Shown here: piece after piece, positions 1-10,537 of the stretch
How positions within the stretch are numbered: position 1 is the first letter of the stretch
Layout of the letters: the number at the start of each line of letters is the position of its first letter
From: a virus
DNA length: 64,000 nt
IMG/VR virus record: IMGVR_UViG_3300027746_000644
Span: 30,400 to 94,399 of that record
Reading direction: 5' to 3' (one strand)
The notes under the pieces: generated by a model
Told to the model about the DNA's origin: nothing
The model's database searches: none
What the model saw: only the letters and a program-made list of their open reading frames with translations
Position numbers and translations under genes: made by a program

Positions 1-1
1 G

Positions 2-3000
2 CCAAATAATGCAGAGATTGAAATTGACCACTCTGCACAGGGCGGTGCCATTTATCGTTATCTCATCAGTACTGTTGAGCACACTACCATCACAGTTGAT
101 GGACAAAATGTACTTAAATTAAATTTAAGCACTGCTGGTACCAACAGTACTATCACCACAGGGTTGCAGTATGCGTTATACGATGGGCAAATGTTGACCA
201 TTCGTGTTAATCAAAATATCAAATTTAACGATATCGATAATGTCAAGCCAACAAGGCCAAGTACTGCTGTGCAATACAGTGAGAATCTAGGTGACATTTA
301 TAGAATTATTGCTTACAACTTGACAGAATCAACAGGCGAACTGTTGCCAGCCAACGTTGCTGTTTTACAAAGCGATGCTTCGTTCAACTATTATAAATTT
401 GTAACAGATGGTACCAATCTTACTCAGCTAGATCCCGGTAATGCCGCTAAGACACAGGGTAGTAAAGTTGGTGATAATAAAATAGCAGTATTACAAATCA
501 GTCAACAAAGCCAAATTGACCAGTTGAACAAAGGAATTTTCCTAACTGGTTGGAATGGCCGAGTTCATCGTATTACTGGATACACTCCGCCGTTGTTTAT
601 TGCAACTGGTGCGTTCAACAGCTACAACGCCGGAACTTTCACGTTAGTTGTAACCAACGTGGCTGGAAGTATTGACATTGGTGATGTGATAACTGGTACA
701 GGATTTGTCAGTGGGCAAACTGTTTCAAATGTTGTGTTGAGCGGAATTGGAACTATAACTGCAACAGTTACGCTGAGTGCTGTGGCGGATACTACGCCAG
801 CAGGTACTATTACATTTGGTGTTAATAAGAACGGATATTTAAGTATAGATCCTAATTCTGTTCTTAACAACTCAGCTGATGGTACTGGCATTGCTTCAAT
901 GAATTATTTCTCAAGTGCTGTTGGTCCCACTGGTACCACATATACGCAAGTAAATTTTGATGTACCATTCACTACCACATTGCCAGTTGTGGACAGTTAT
1001 TTAACAATTGCAAATCAAGCAACCACTGCATACAACGGAACGTACCAAGTGGTGGTTGTTACTAGTAAAACACAAATTTTCATTGCCAGCACCAGTGCGT
1101 TATCGGTGGGCATGGTTATTAGTAGTTCAGCAACTGGTGCATATATACCTACAACTTGTGTTATTCAAAGTGTTGACAGCTCAACTGCGTTTACGGTCAG
1201 TCCAGCCGCATGGATTCCAGCAGGAGCAAGTATTGTATCAACGCTGGTGGCTTACCTGTCAGGATTAACTATCAGTAACCCAGGAACAAATTACACAGTA
1301 GTTCCGCAAATCACAGTGTCAGGCGGTGGTGCACTGGTACAAGCCATTGCGACTTGTACCATTGCTGGTGGCAGTATACAATCAGTAACCATAGTTAGTC
1401 CAGGATACGGATACAGCAGTGCTCCAAATGTCACTGTCAGCTACGGTGATGCAGTGCTAACTCCAGTTCTTTCTGAGTCACCACAGATTAACTCCACAGT
1501 GACCTCAGGCAACATAACAACTAGATTGGGTTTAATTTATGCCAGTAATCCTGGAGTGTTTGCTGTAGGCACTGTTAGAACAGTTAGTGCATTTGCCAGC
1601 ATTGCAGGCAGCGGTCCATACACGGTTAATTTAACAATAAACTCTGGCGCAGTTCCAACGGCTGGCTCATGGTATCAAGTTAGCGGTAATACCAATACGT
1701 TATATAATGGTTTCTATCAAATTGCTGCCACTGGTTCGTCAGCAACCAATATTACCTTAATTTATAATTATAATCCAGGCACGTGGAGCAGTGTTACCCC
1801 CACCACAGCGACACTGTCGGTAACAAATGCAACCAGTACACAATTGGGCATCAGTAAACCATTTAGTTCAAGTACAGCGGTAACATTGCGTGGGGGTTAT
1901 CCTGCAGATTCGGCAGCACAAGTTACCACACGTATCAGTACTTGTCGTGTTACTGGGCATGACTTGCTGGACATTGGTACTGGTAGTTACAACACCACCA
2001 ACTGGCCCACTGTGATTTACGGTAATCCAGCAAAGGCGTATCAACAGTCACAAGAAGTATTAGAAGAAGGTGTGGGACGTGTGTTCTATGTGACCACTGA
2101 CCAAAACGGTATCTTCCGTGTGGGTCGTTTCTTCACAGTTGACCAAGGTACTGGATCAGTTACATTTAGCGCAAGTATTGCTTTGAGTAACTTGGACGGT
2201 TTAGGATTCAAACGTGGTGTTGTTGTGAGTGAATTCTCAACTGATCCAAGCATGACTAACAATGCCAGTGATACTGTTCCTGTGATGAGTGCTATCAGAA
2301 GTTACATTGATAAACGTTTGGGTATTGACCACGGCGGCAGTCCAGTTGCATTGGCAAACTTGATTGGTTCAGGGTACGTGCCGTTAAACGGCACACTGGC
2401 CATGAAGTCCACTTTCAACATGGGTAACTTTAACATTGTTAACTTGGGTTCACCTGGCTCTAACTACGAAGCTGCCAATAAACTGTATGTCGACACTCAA
2501 GTGGTATCTTACAACGCTCTCAACAAAATGACTGATGTGACAATTACTAGTCCATCAACCAACAACATTTTAATTTACGATCAGATTGACAACAAATGGA
2601 AAAATAAAACTGCGGTGGGTGATGTAAATCTTGTGTACACTGCCGGCACTGGAGTATTGTCCGCTGTTATACAAACCGGTGTGATTGTCAACGCTCAAGT
2701 GTCAACCACTGCTGGTATTTTACAAAGCAAGTTGGCAATGAACATTGCCAACGTGTCAGGATCCGCTCCAACTGGCAATGCGGCCGCAATACAAGCCAGT
2801 AACGGACTTGTGAGTTTTAACACTAACCAATTTGACTTGTTCAACGGTTGGGCAAGTTTAAAAACTGCAACTAGCGCAAGCAATGGTGTAACATTAGGAA
2901 AGATACAACACATCAGCACTGGAACATTGTTGGGCAACAGAAGTGGCTTGGCAGCAAGTCCAATAGAAGTTACACCAGCACAAGTAGTAAGCGATGCAGG

Positions 3001-3916
3001 TGGCCTCACAAACACATTGTTCAATGCCACCGGTGCGATAACTGTGGCGTTTGATGGTTCTAATGTGGCAAATAATGTGTATGCTGTGACAGGTATCACT
3101 ACCACTAGAGCTGTTAACAGTCTAGTCAAAACAGACAGTCTAGGTGGCATTGATGTTAACTTTGTGAAGGTAGGCGGATACCGAGCATTGGGAATCACAT
3201 CCTTAACCAATACGTTTACTACACCTGGTGGATTTGATTACATGACTGTGCTGGGAACGACATCAAGTAATTCCAACATGACTGTGTTTGGCACGCTGGA
3301 TGTCAGCAACGGCACGCTAAAAACCAACTTGTTGACCACTGATAAATCAGGAGCAAGTAGTGGTCCTAATGCGGGTAGTGCAAGTATTAGTGGCTGGTGG
3401 GCCATGCAAGCATCCAGTCAACTTGACTTTAGTCTTGGTACGCTGAAATCGCTAACACTGACCACTGGCGGAGAAGCTGTTGCAGGCACCATGACTGGAC
3501 GTTGGACGTTGGCTGGTGCAAGTAGATTGCAAGCCACCTATGCTGACTTGGCAGAATATTACGAAGGCGATCAGGAATATGAAGAAGGAACCGTATTAGT
3601 ATTTGGTGGTGATAAAGAAGTTACCACAACAACACAAATAAACGACACACGAAGTGCTGGCGTGGTCAGTGCCAACCCAGCGTATGTGATGAACGGTGAG
3701 CAAACTGGCATTAAGGTGTGTATTGCACTGGCCGGTCGTGTGCCATGCAAAGTAATTGGTAGAGTCAAGAAGGGTGACATGCTGACCACCAGTGCCACTG
3801 CTGGTTATGCTGTTAAGGCTTTGAATCCTACTTTGGGTGCTGTTATTGGCAAAGCACTGGAAGACAAAGACTACGGAGAAGCTGGCATGATACAAGTTGC
3901 TGTGGGGAGAGTATAA
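2..3916 (+). CDS. Large tail fibre/tail-associated protein, 5'-partial, with C-terminal intramolecular-chaperone (peptidase G2/IMC-like) domain
   Basis: Frame is open from position 2. Body is Thr/Gly/Ser-rich beta-type sequence. C-terminus YADLAEYY...GVVSANPAYVMN...ALAGRVPCKV...GKALE is typical of autocleaved fibre chaperone domains. Confidence 0.8.
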   Translation, partial: PNNAEIEIDHSAQGGAIYRYLISTVEHTTITVDGQNVLKLNLSTAGTNSTITTGLQYALYDGQMLTIRVNQNIKFNDIDNVKPTRPSTAVQYSENLGDIYRIIAYNLTESTGELLPANVAVLQSDASFNYYKFVTDGTNLTQLDPGNAAKTQGSKVGDNKIAVLQISQQSQIDQLNKGIFLTGWNGRVHRITGYTPPLFIATGAFNSYNAGTFTLVVTNVAGSIDIGDVITGTGFVSGQTVSNVVLSGIGTITATVTLSAVADTTPAGTITFGVNKNGYLSIDPNSVLNNSADGTGIASMNYFSSAVGPTGTTYTQVNFDVPFTTTLPVVDSYLTIANQATTAYNGTYQVVVVTSKTQIFIASTSALSVGMVISSSATGAYIPTTCVIQSVDSSTAFTVSPAAWIPAGASIVSTLVAYLSGLTISNPGTNYTVVPQITVSGGGALVQAIATCTIAGGSIQSVTIVSPGYGYSSAPNVTVSYGDAVLTPVLSESPQINSTVTSGNITTRLGLIYASNPGVFAVGTVRTVSAFASIAGSGPYTVNLTINSGAVPTAGSWYQVSGNTNTLYNGFYQIAATGSSATNITLIYNYNPGTWSSVTPTTATLSVTNATSTQLGISKPFSSSTAVTLRGGYPADSAAQVTTRISTCRVTGHDLLDIGTGSYNTTNWPTVIYGNPAKAYQQSQEVLEEGVGRVFYVTTDQNGIFRVGRFFTVDQGTGSVTFSASIALSNLDGLGFKRGVVVSEFSTDPSMTNNASDTVPVMSAIRSYIDKRLGIDHGGSPVALANLIGSGYVPLNGTLAMKSTFNMGNFNIVNLGSPGSNYEAANKLYVDTQVVSYNALNKMTDVTITSPSTNNILIYDQIDNKWKNKTAVGDVNLVYTAGTGVLSAVIQTGVIVNAQVSTTAGILQSKLAMNIANVSGSAPTGNAAAIQASNGLVSFNTNQFDLFNGWASLKTATSASNGVTLGKIQHISTGTLLGNRSGLAASPIEVTPAQVVSDAGGLTNTLFNATGAITVAFDGSNVANNVYAVTGITTTRAVNSLVKTDSLGGIDVNFVKVGGYRALGITSLTNTFTTPGGFDYMTVLGTTSSNSNMTVFGTLDVSNGTLKTNLLTTDKSGASSGPNAGSASISGWWAMQASSQLDFSLGTLKSLTLTTGGEAVAGTMTGRWTLAGASRLQATYADLAEYYEGDQEYEEGTVLVFGGDKEVTTTTQINDTRSAGVVSANPAYVMNGEQTGIKVCIALAGRVPCKVIGRVKKGDMLTTSATAGYAVKALNPTLGAVIGKALEDKDYGEAGMIQVAVGRV

Positions 3917-4116
3917 TGACTAAATTAAATGTTAATATTGGACTCAGTGTCAACGACAAAACTGGTGACACACTGCGCACAGCATTTGATAAAATAAATC
4001 AAAACTTCACTGAACTGTATGCCAAGCCAGCTTATATTAGTACAACTAGTCTAAAAGCCATAGTTGCGGCCAGTACTAGTTTTACAGATTTCCAAGCAAG
4101 AATTGCGGCACTATAA
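3916..4116 (+). CDS. Small baseplate/fibre connector-like protein (T4 gp9/gp10 N-terminal motif)
   Basis: NIG..NDKTGDTLRTAFDKINQNFTELY motif; TAATG coupling to the upstream gene. Confidence 0.65.
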   Translation: MTKLNVNIGLSVNDKTGDTLRTAFDKINQNFTELYAKPAYISTTSLKAIVAASTSFTDFQARIAAL

Positions 4117-4145
4117 TACGGTAAATACACTAAACGGAGCACAAC

Positions 4146-4697
4146 ATGCCAATACAACGAATTGAAATAGGTGGATATGCAAATGACGGTACTGGTGACG
4201 ATTTGCGCACAGCATTTAACAAGGTCAATGCCAACTTCACACTGTTGGACAGCGATGCGCAAATTAACGATGGTGTTAATCTAGGCACAGGCGTTGCTGT
4301 ACTAAAGGGCAAAACCAGCACTATATTGCAGTTCAAAAGTCTTACCAGCACAGACACATCAGTTACACTGACCGCAACTGATAACACAGTAAATTTAAAA
4401 GCCAACACACGTTTAATAGAAGATATTACGCCCGCACTGGGTGGCAATCTAAACTTAAACAACAGAAACATAATTGGCGCTGGAGATGTAAAGGCCAGCG
4501 TTTATGGAGTTGATATTGTAGCTCTTAACGCCATGATGGCATTGTTAATCGAATCCAACAAAAATCTTGTTGTTGACTTTGGAGATTTTGATAATCCGTC
4601 TGGCTACGAAACTAACCCGCAGGGATATTTGTTTGACATGGGCGACTTTGTTGGGCCGCAACCTAGCAATAGATTTAATTTTGGCACGTTTGTTTAA
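4146..4697 (+). CDS. Baseplate/fibre connector-like protein (gp9/gp10 N-terminal motif)
   Basis: IGGYANDGTGDDLRTAFNKVNANF; GGAG SD upstream. Confidence 0.65.
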   Translation: MPIQRIEIGGYANDGTGDDLRTAFNKVNANFTLLDSDAQINDGVNLGTGVAVLKGKTSTILQFKSLTSTDTSVTLTATDNTVNLKANTRLIEDITPALGGNLNLNNRNIIGAGDVKASVYGVDIVALNAMMALLIESNKNLVVDFGDFDNPSGYETNPQGYLFDMGDFVGPQPSNRFNFGTFV

Positions 4698-4708
4698 TTG
4701 AGACACAT

Positions 4709-7327
4709 ATGGCATTGAATATTTGGTCACAACCGTCTGGCTACGCATTTGGAACTTTCCAAGAGCAGGCTATTTTTAATAGACCCTTGCCATTAGTAGC
4801 CGGTTATGTCAGCGGTGCAACATTTAAGATAATTTCAGGCAAACTGCCGCCAGGGCTAAACGTTGTTGGCAGCGCAATCACTGGAACACCATATTCTGTA
4901 TCTGACATCACTGTGTTTACATTTTGTGTTAGAGCAACGTTAACTGCCACAGGTGAAATTGCCGATAGAACATATTCCATAACCATTGATGGTGCTGATG
5001 CTCCAGAATTTGTAACACCTACTGGCAGATTAGCAGTCGGTACACATCAACAAATGTATGTTCTGGACAAAACCTATATCAATTATCAAATTGAAGCATT
5101 CGACTTGGATACCAGTGCTGGTCAAAAATTGAATTATTTTATATCTTCGGGAGATGGAAAATTGCCGCCGGGACTGACCATGTCGTCAGATGGAAAGATT
5201 AGTGGATTTATTCTACCGGCTGTAAAAATTAAGCCCGCCGACGGTACCGGCACATACGACGATGCATATTATGATGCGGCGGCATTTGACTTTGGATTAA
5301 GAGCTACCAACGGATTTGACAGTTATATTTACGACAGAGTATTTTATGATTATAACTTACCCAATGTGAGACCGTCAACTTTAAATGTTAACTATCAATT
5401 CAAAGTAACTGTGAGTGACGGCACTAGCATTGCACAACGTATTTTTAAAATATTTGTTGTCGGTGATGACCAGTTTAGAGCGGATACTACTACAACAGAT
5501 GGCTTTGCAGACGAGTTGTTCACTGCTGACGTTACCTATCTAAGACAGCCTGCTTGGCTTACCAATACTAATATAGGGCTGTTTAGAGCCAATAACTATC
5601 TAACTGTACCTGTAGCATTATATGATGACTCAAATGTTTTTTATAATTTAGAATTAATTAATCAAGAAGTTAAGGCACAAGCAGTTAATATTTTGCCTTC
5701 AGACAATTTTAAAAACGGAAATAAAATAACCGTAACTAATGTTACTGGAACTATACTGCCTGGATATCTTTGTCACTTTGAAGGCATCATTGCAGGTGCA
5801 ACTGCTCAACTTTACAAAATCAGTGTGGTAGAAAATTTAGGCAGTGGCCGTTATCGTCTCACTATCCTAACACCCTTGCAATTAAGTATTCCAACTGGTA
5901 CTAGTTTTTACATAGGTACAATGAGCGCATTACCAAAAGGCACTAGTTTTGACATACAGACTGCTACTATTTTTGGATTAGTTCCTTATCAACCTGCTAT
6001 TACAAAAACCTATAACTTTACTATTACTGCCACTAGATTTGGAGATAAACAAGACAGCGCAACTGCATCGAGAACATTTACCATTGGTATCATTGGTGAA
6101 ATTGACAGTGTTATTACATGGTTAACTGATGCCAACTTGGGTAATATTAATGCAAATTTTATTTCCAACTTGAGTGTTTCAGCTTCAAGTACCATACCTG
6201 ATGCCATTGTGTCATATACTTTAACCAACGGTGCATTGCCCCCAGGGTTAACTTTAAATTATGATGGAGAAATCATAGGCAAAGTCAATCAGTTTTACAA
6301 CGCTACCACAGGTTCATTAGGGTTAACACGATTTTATGATGGTGTTGTCAGCAGTAGAACATTCATAACATTTGACTTTGACACCACTACAGTGGACAAA
6401 AAATACACGTTTGTTGTTCAAGCTAGGGATCAGTACGATTACAGTGCAACTGAAAGGACATTTACACTATATGTGGATACACCCAACAGCATAGGTTTCA
6501 GCAACATCAAAACCAAACCGTTCTTAAAACAATCTCAAAGAACAACATGGAAGACATTTATTAACGACACTTCTATTTTTACTCCAAACAGCATTTATAG
6601 AACTAATGACGCTAACTTTGGAGTACAATCCGATTTAAACATGTTGATTTATTCAGGAATAGAAACAAAGGATGCCGCATTGTTTGTGGGTGCCATTGGT
6701 CTCAATCATAAAAGAAAACGGTTTGCCTTTGGTCCAGTCAAATCAGCTGTTGCTATTCAAACTGGAACTAATAATGTAGTATACGAAGTTATATATGTCA
6801 GCATGATTGATCAGCAAGAACCCAATGGAAAATATCTTCCGAGAAAGATACAATTACCTGGTCTAGCTAGCAATGCAATAACTGTGGATAACAGCACAAG
6901 TATTTGGAGCAGAACGCTGGATTCGTTGGGTAACGACAGTCCAGAACGTGTTAGGCCTGAGCCACTGATCACCGTTGACAGCACTGGGTATGAAGTATCA
7001 AATCCCAATGTTAACGCATATTTTCCCAACAGTATTACCAATTGGCGCAGTAGAATTAAGGATGCTGGCGCAACTGAAAGAAACTACATGCCCTTATGGA
7101 TGCGAAGTATTCAGCCCGGCGCAAGTCAAGAATTAGGATTTGTATTGGCCATTCCAATTTGTTATTGCGAAGCAGGAAAAAGTGCTGATATATTATTAAA
7201 CATAAAATACAGCGGATTTGATTTTAAATCCTTAGATTACACAGTGGACAGATACATAATAGATTCTGTCACCGGTTCGATTAACGATAAATATCTTGTA
7301 TTTAGAAACGATAGGATAACAGTATGA
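4709..7327 (+). CDS. Baseplate wedge-like structural protein with putative Ig (He_PIG-like) repeats
   Basis: Repeated SGxLPPGL...G.I.G units; 872 aa; located in the structural block. Confidence 0.6.
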   Translation: MALNIWSQPSGYAFGTFQEQAIFNRPLPLVAGYVSGATFKIISGKLPPGLNVVGSAITGTPYSVSDITVFTFCVRATLTATGEIADRTYSITIDGADAPEFVTPTGRLAVGTHQQMYVLDKTYINYQIEAFDLDTSAGQKLNYFISSGDGKLPPGLTMSSDGKISGFILPAVKIKPADGTGTYDDAYYDAAAFDFGLRATNGFDSYIYDRVFYDYNLPNVRPSTLNVNYQFKVTVSDGTSIAQRIFKIFVVGDDQFRADTTTTDGFADELFTADVTYLRQPAWLTNTNIGLFRANNYLTVPVALYDDSNVFYNLELINQEVKAQAVNILPSDNFKNGNKITVTNVTGTILPGYLCHFEGIIAGATAQLYKISVVENLGSGRYRLTILTPLQLSIPTGTSFYIGTMSALPKGTSFDIQTATIFGLVPYQPAITKTYNFTITATRFGDKQDSATASRTFTIGIIGEIDSVITWLTDANLGNINANFISNLSVSASSTIPDAIVSYTLTNGALPPGLTLNYDGEIIGKVNQFYNATTGSLGLTRFYDGVVSSRTFITFDFDTTTVDKKYTFVVQARDQYDYSATERTFTLYVDTPNSIGFSNIKTKPFLKQSQRTTWKTFINDTSIFTPNSIYRTNDANFGVQSDLNMLIYSGIETKDAALFVGAIGLNHKRKRFAFGPVKSAVAIQTGTNNVVYEVIYVSMIDQQEPNGKYLPRKIQLPGLASNAITVDNSTSIWSRTLDSLGNDSPERVRPEPLITVDSTGYEVSNPNVNAYFPNSITNWRSRIKDAGATERNYMPLWMRSIQPGASQELGFVLAIPICYCEAGKSADILLNIKYSGFDFKSLDYTVDRYIIDSVTGSINDKYLVFRNDRITV

Positions 7328-8415
7328 CCAGTCAAATAAATTTCGGAGCAATCAATGCATCTTACCCAGTAGCTGGGCAAGATAACAACAGCCAAGGATT
7401 TCGTGATAATTTCACAGCAATCTCAGCTGGATTAGCCATTGCCAAAACAGAACTCACTGCATTGCAAGACAAAGCTGTGTTAAAAGCAAACCTCACAACC
7501 AATGCGGTTGTCAACAACGACCTAAACGGCAGTACCATAAGCAACGGATTATACAATAAATTCTACGGGGTATATTTCAGCGGTGGAACTGTTTCAGCTT
7601 CGGCAAATATTGATTTAGTCAACGGTCCTGTACAAAAATTTGTGCTGTCAGGAGATGCCACATTGACCTTTACCAACTGGCCCACTGCCGGTAAAATGGG
7701 TTTGATCCGTGTGTTGATTTCTAGCGATCAAAACGGAGTGCGTACTCCGGGATTTGCAACCAGCGGCGGCGGCACTATCAGATACGACGTAGCATATCCC
7801 ACATTGCCAAACAGTTCAAGTCAAGGATTTAAGGTTGGTGGGGAAAGTGTTCGAAGCATCACAATCATAGAAGCCGGCAGCAAATATCAAACTCCAACCA
7901 CTGTTTCGTTTACCAGCCCAACATTGACTGGCGGAACAGTTGCAACTGCGACTGCTGCCTACAAAGTACTTTCTGCCACAGCTTCGTCAGGTGTACTGGG
8001 CACTGGTTATGCTAATGGTGATAAACTAGTTGTAAACGAAAATTCAAAAATTGTACTGTCAGTAACCGGAGTAAACGGAACCGGCGGCATCACTAACCTC
8101 AGCGTGGTTGTTAATGGTCCTTTAGAATCTCCCTTGACTGGATCAAAAACTGTTACATCATTATCCAGTTCTGGAACTGGAGCTCAGGTTGATTTAATTT
8201 GTGCTATTGATACAATAACCGTGACAGATAGCGGAGATGGTTGGTCTGGTGTTCCACCAATTGTTACCGTTGGGCCTCCTTCGGTAACAGGTGTTCAAGC
8301 AACGGCAACTGCTGTATTAACATCTAATACAGGTGATAACGTCAAAGTAATAGAAGCATGGACAGTTGATGCTGGACTCAACGTATATCTAAGATATGTT
8401 GGTGAATACAATTAA
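7324..8415 (+). CDS. Virion structural protein (baseplate/tail associated)
   Basis: N-terminal YPVAGQDNNSQGFRDNF plus coiled segment, then Thr/Gly-rich beta repeats; ATGA overlap. Confidence 0.55.
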   Translation: MTSQINFGAINASYPVAGQDNNSQGFRDNFTAISAGLAIAKTELTALQDKAVLKANLTTNAVVNNDLNGSTISNGLYNKFYGVYFSGGTVSASANIDLVNGPVQKFVLSGDATLTFTNWPTAGKMGLIRVLISSDQNGVRTPGFATSGGGTIRYDVAYPTLPNSSSQGFKVGGESVRSITIIEAGSKYQTPTTVSFTSPTLTGGTVATATAAYKVLSATASSGVLGTGYANGDKLVVNENSKIVLSVTGVNGTGGITNLSVVVNGPLESPLTGSKTVTSLSSSGTGAQVDLICAIDTITVTDSGDGWSGVPPIVTVGPPSVTGVQATATAVLTSNTGDNVKVIEAWTVDAGLNVYLRYVGEYN

Positions 8416-8645
8416 TGCATCCGTTAATATCACATTTAGAAGATTTGAAGGACAGTGAGATTGATTCAAAAATTAATGATCTCACTAAAAAATATTTCCA
8501 ATCAATGAATCCACAATTGAAACAACAAGTTGCTATGGCATTGGATTCTTACAAGGAAGAACAAGCTAAAAGGCGTCAAGCTGAATGGCAAAAAATGGTT
8601 GATAATCGCGATAAAAGCCTTGACAAATTAATCAACATACAGTAA
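8415..8645 (+). CDS. Hypothetical helical protein
   Basis: 76-aa ORF coupled by TAATG. Confidence 0.6.
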   Translation: MHPLISHLEDLKDSEIDSKINDLTKKYFQSMNPQLKQQVAMALDSYKEEQAKRRQAEWQKMVDNRDKSLDKLINIQ

Positions 8646-8648
8646 AAT
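8620..8648 (+). promoter_or_regulatory. Sigma70-type promoter
   Basis: TTGACA (8620-8625), 17 bp, TAAAAT (8643-8648). Confidence 0.7.
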
Positions 8649-8655
8649 ATAGGCT

Positions 8656-9165
8656 ATGCGCCTAGACAAATATAACAATCCCATATTTTCAGAACAAGAT
8701 TTATTTGATGCCATTTATAAAGGACATCAATTTAATGTCAACGATACTATGATTGTTGAACGTACCGATGCTGTAAAAGAATTAGAAAAACAAATTGGTT
8801 TTAGATTTGTTCCTCCGTACGAACCTCATTTTGACGTAGCAGACTACGATCGAGCTTGCCAATCTAATTGGAATATACCCAATGAGTATAAAACACTGGA
8901 TATTGAATCTTGGATATGGGAGCAATGCCCACCGTGGGATCCTCAGCATACTAGAGTAACTGAGGAACTGGCAGCATTTAGAGAACGCAATATGATAGAT
9001 TTATTGCGTTGGCTCAAGTATTTTGTTGATACTTGCAACAAAAATAATGTAGTTTGGGGAATTGGTAGGGGATCTAGCGTGGCCAGTTACGTACTCTATT
9101 TAATAGGAGTACATCACATCGATAGTATTAAATATAATCTCGAGTGGCAGGAATTCCTGAGATAA
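8656..9165 (+). CDS. DNA polymerase III alpha (DnaE)-like fragment
   Basis: RVTEEL...FVDTC...VVWGIGRGSSVASYVLYLIGVHHID matches the DnaE GRGS region; only 169 aa and no PDID catalytic motif. Confidence 0.75.
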   Translation: MRLDKYNNPIFSEQDLFDAIYKGHQFNVNDTMIVERTDAVKELEKQIGFRFVPPYEPHFDVADYDRACQSNWNIPNEYKTLDIESWIWEQCPPWDPQHTRVTEELAAFRERNMIDLLRWLKYFVDTCNKNNVVWGIGRGSSVASYVLYLIGVHHIDSIKYNLEWQEFLR

Positions 9166-9193
9166 GTAGTAGTATAATTAAGGAGATTTAAAA

Positions 9194-9496
9194 ATGGAAC
9201 AACAACCAAAACAAGTATATCGCTCAATGCAAGGCAAAGAAGTTGATATGAATAGATTAGTTAACGTTAACGAACTTACTCCAGCAGTTGGTAATATTAA
9301 AGTTAATGCCCGTGGTGACGAACTAGGAGCGGGTGGTCGCATTGTTAGAAAACGCGAAGAAATCCTAAGAGAAGCAGAAGCCAACAGAATTGTCCCAGAT
9401 CAAATTAACATCAGGACACCCGAAGAAACTGTTGTTGCAAAACCAGTTGTTGCTAAGAAAAATGTAGCAGACATGGATCCTGAAGGAAACGAATGA
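9194..9496 (+). CDS. Phage hypothetical protein upstream of groES
   Basis: AAGGAG SD; YRSMQGKEVDM...AVGNIKVNARGDELG. Confidence 0.65.
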   Translation: MEQQPKQVYRSMQGKEVDMNRLVNVNELTPAVGNIKVNARGDELGAGGRIVRKREEILREAEANRIVPDQINIRTPEETVVAKPVVAKKNVADMDPEGNE

Positions 9497-9903
9497 AAAA
9501 AGTACCAGTATATGCTAGTAAATTAAAACCAATTCGAGATAACATTGTTATCGTTGATATGGATTTTGGCGAGCAAAAAACTAAAGGCGGGCTTGTGCTG
9601 TTAAGCGACGATGGCAAAAGCGAAGGTGTTAAAAGTCGATGGGGCAAGGTTTATTCCATCGGGCCAAGTCAAGTGGATGTAAAGGTTGGTGAGTGGATTT
9701 TGCTTGAGCATGGCCGTTGGAGTCGTGGGTTTACTGTGTTGGATGATGACGGCAACGATATGATTATTCGTCGTGCTGATCCAAAAGGAATTTTAGCAGT
9801 CACTGACGAAAAACCAAATGAAGTTATTTACGGTGCCCACAGTACTGTATCACACCAAACATTTGATCCAGCTTCGTTTGCAAGACCAAGCTTCGAACAA
9901 TAA
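9493..9903 (+). CDS. groES: GroES/Cpn10-like co-chaperonin
   Basis: LKPIRDNIVI...KTKGGLVL...GKVYSIG...VKVGEWIL. Confidence 0.85.
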   Translation: MKKVPVYASKLKPIRDNIVIVDMDFGEQKTKGGLVLLSDDGKSEGVKSRWGKVYSIGPSQVDVKVGEWILLEHGRWSRGFTVLDDDGNDMIIRRADPKGILAVTDEKPNEVIYGAHSTVSHQTFDPASFARPSFEQ

Positions 9904-10464
9904 ATGATTATTGAATCTGTATTCCCAACATGTGTTCTCCAGGATTCTAATGTAGAGTTAGCTAACGCATTGTTGCCGTTGTGTAATAAGTATACATCAT
10001 TAACTACAGACAATTTACTTAATATCGATAATTTTCCATCAACACTTGGGTCTAATGATCTCAATCCTGTTGTGATGTCAGAGCCGCTGGTACAGCAAAC
10101 ATTGAATACAATAATAACGCATTATGCTGTTAAATTAGCAGATGCGGCGGGCATGAATTATTATCAAATAGATTTTAAACCATATGGGTTTTTTAGTTCT
10201 ATGAATAAAAATGCGTATCTAAGAAGACACATGCATCACCAATGTACATTTTCTGGAATCATTTACTTAGAAGTTGGTGACGATGTTCCGCCGTTGGTAT
10301 TGTTTAATCCAAAATCAATATCAGTGTTTAATAACGAAATACAAAACACATATTTTGTTGAGCCAAAAGTTGGAAACATTGTGATATGGAACGCTTGGAT
10401 GGAACACGAAGTTCCGCAAAAATTAAACAATAATCCTAGAAAATCATTTTCATTTAATATTTGA
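9904..10464 (+). CDS. 2OG-Fe(II) oxygenase
   Basis: HMH...SGIIYL...HEV...RKSFSFN double-stranded beta-helix motifs. Confidence 0.75.
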   Translation: MIIESVFPTCVLQDSNVELANALLPLCNKYTSLTTDNLLNIDNFPSTLGSNDLNPVVMSEPLVQQTLNTIITHYAVKLADAAGMNYYQIDFKPYGFFSSMNKNAYLRRHMHHQCTFSGIIYLEVGDDVPPLVLFNPKSISVFNNEIQNTYFVEPKVGNIVIWNAWMEHEVPQKLNNNPRKSFSFNI

Positions 10465-10476
10465 GCATCAATCTTA

Positions 10477-10506
10477 TTGACTATTAGGCAACGTTCATTG
10501 TATAAT
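10477..10506 (+). promoter_or_regulatory. Sigma70-type promoter
   Basis: TTGACT, 18 bp, TATAAT; intergenic. Confidence 0.6.
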
Positions 10507-10537
10507 TAGAAGAAGAGTTTCTAATTAAGGAGATACA

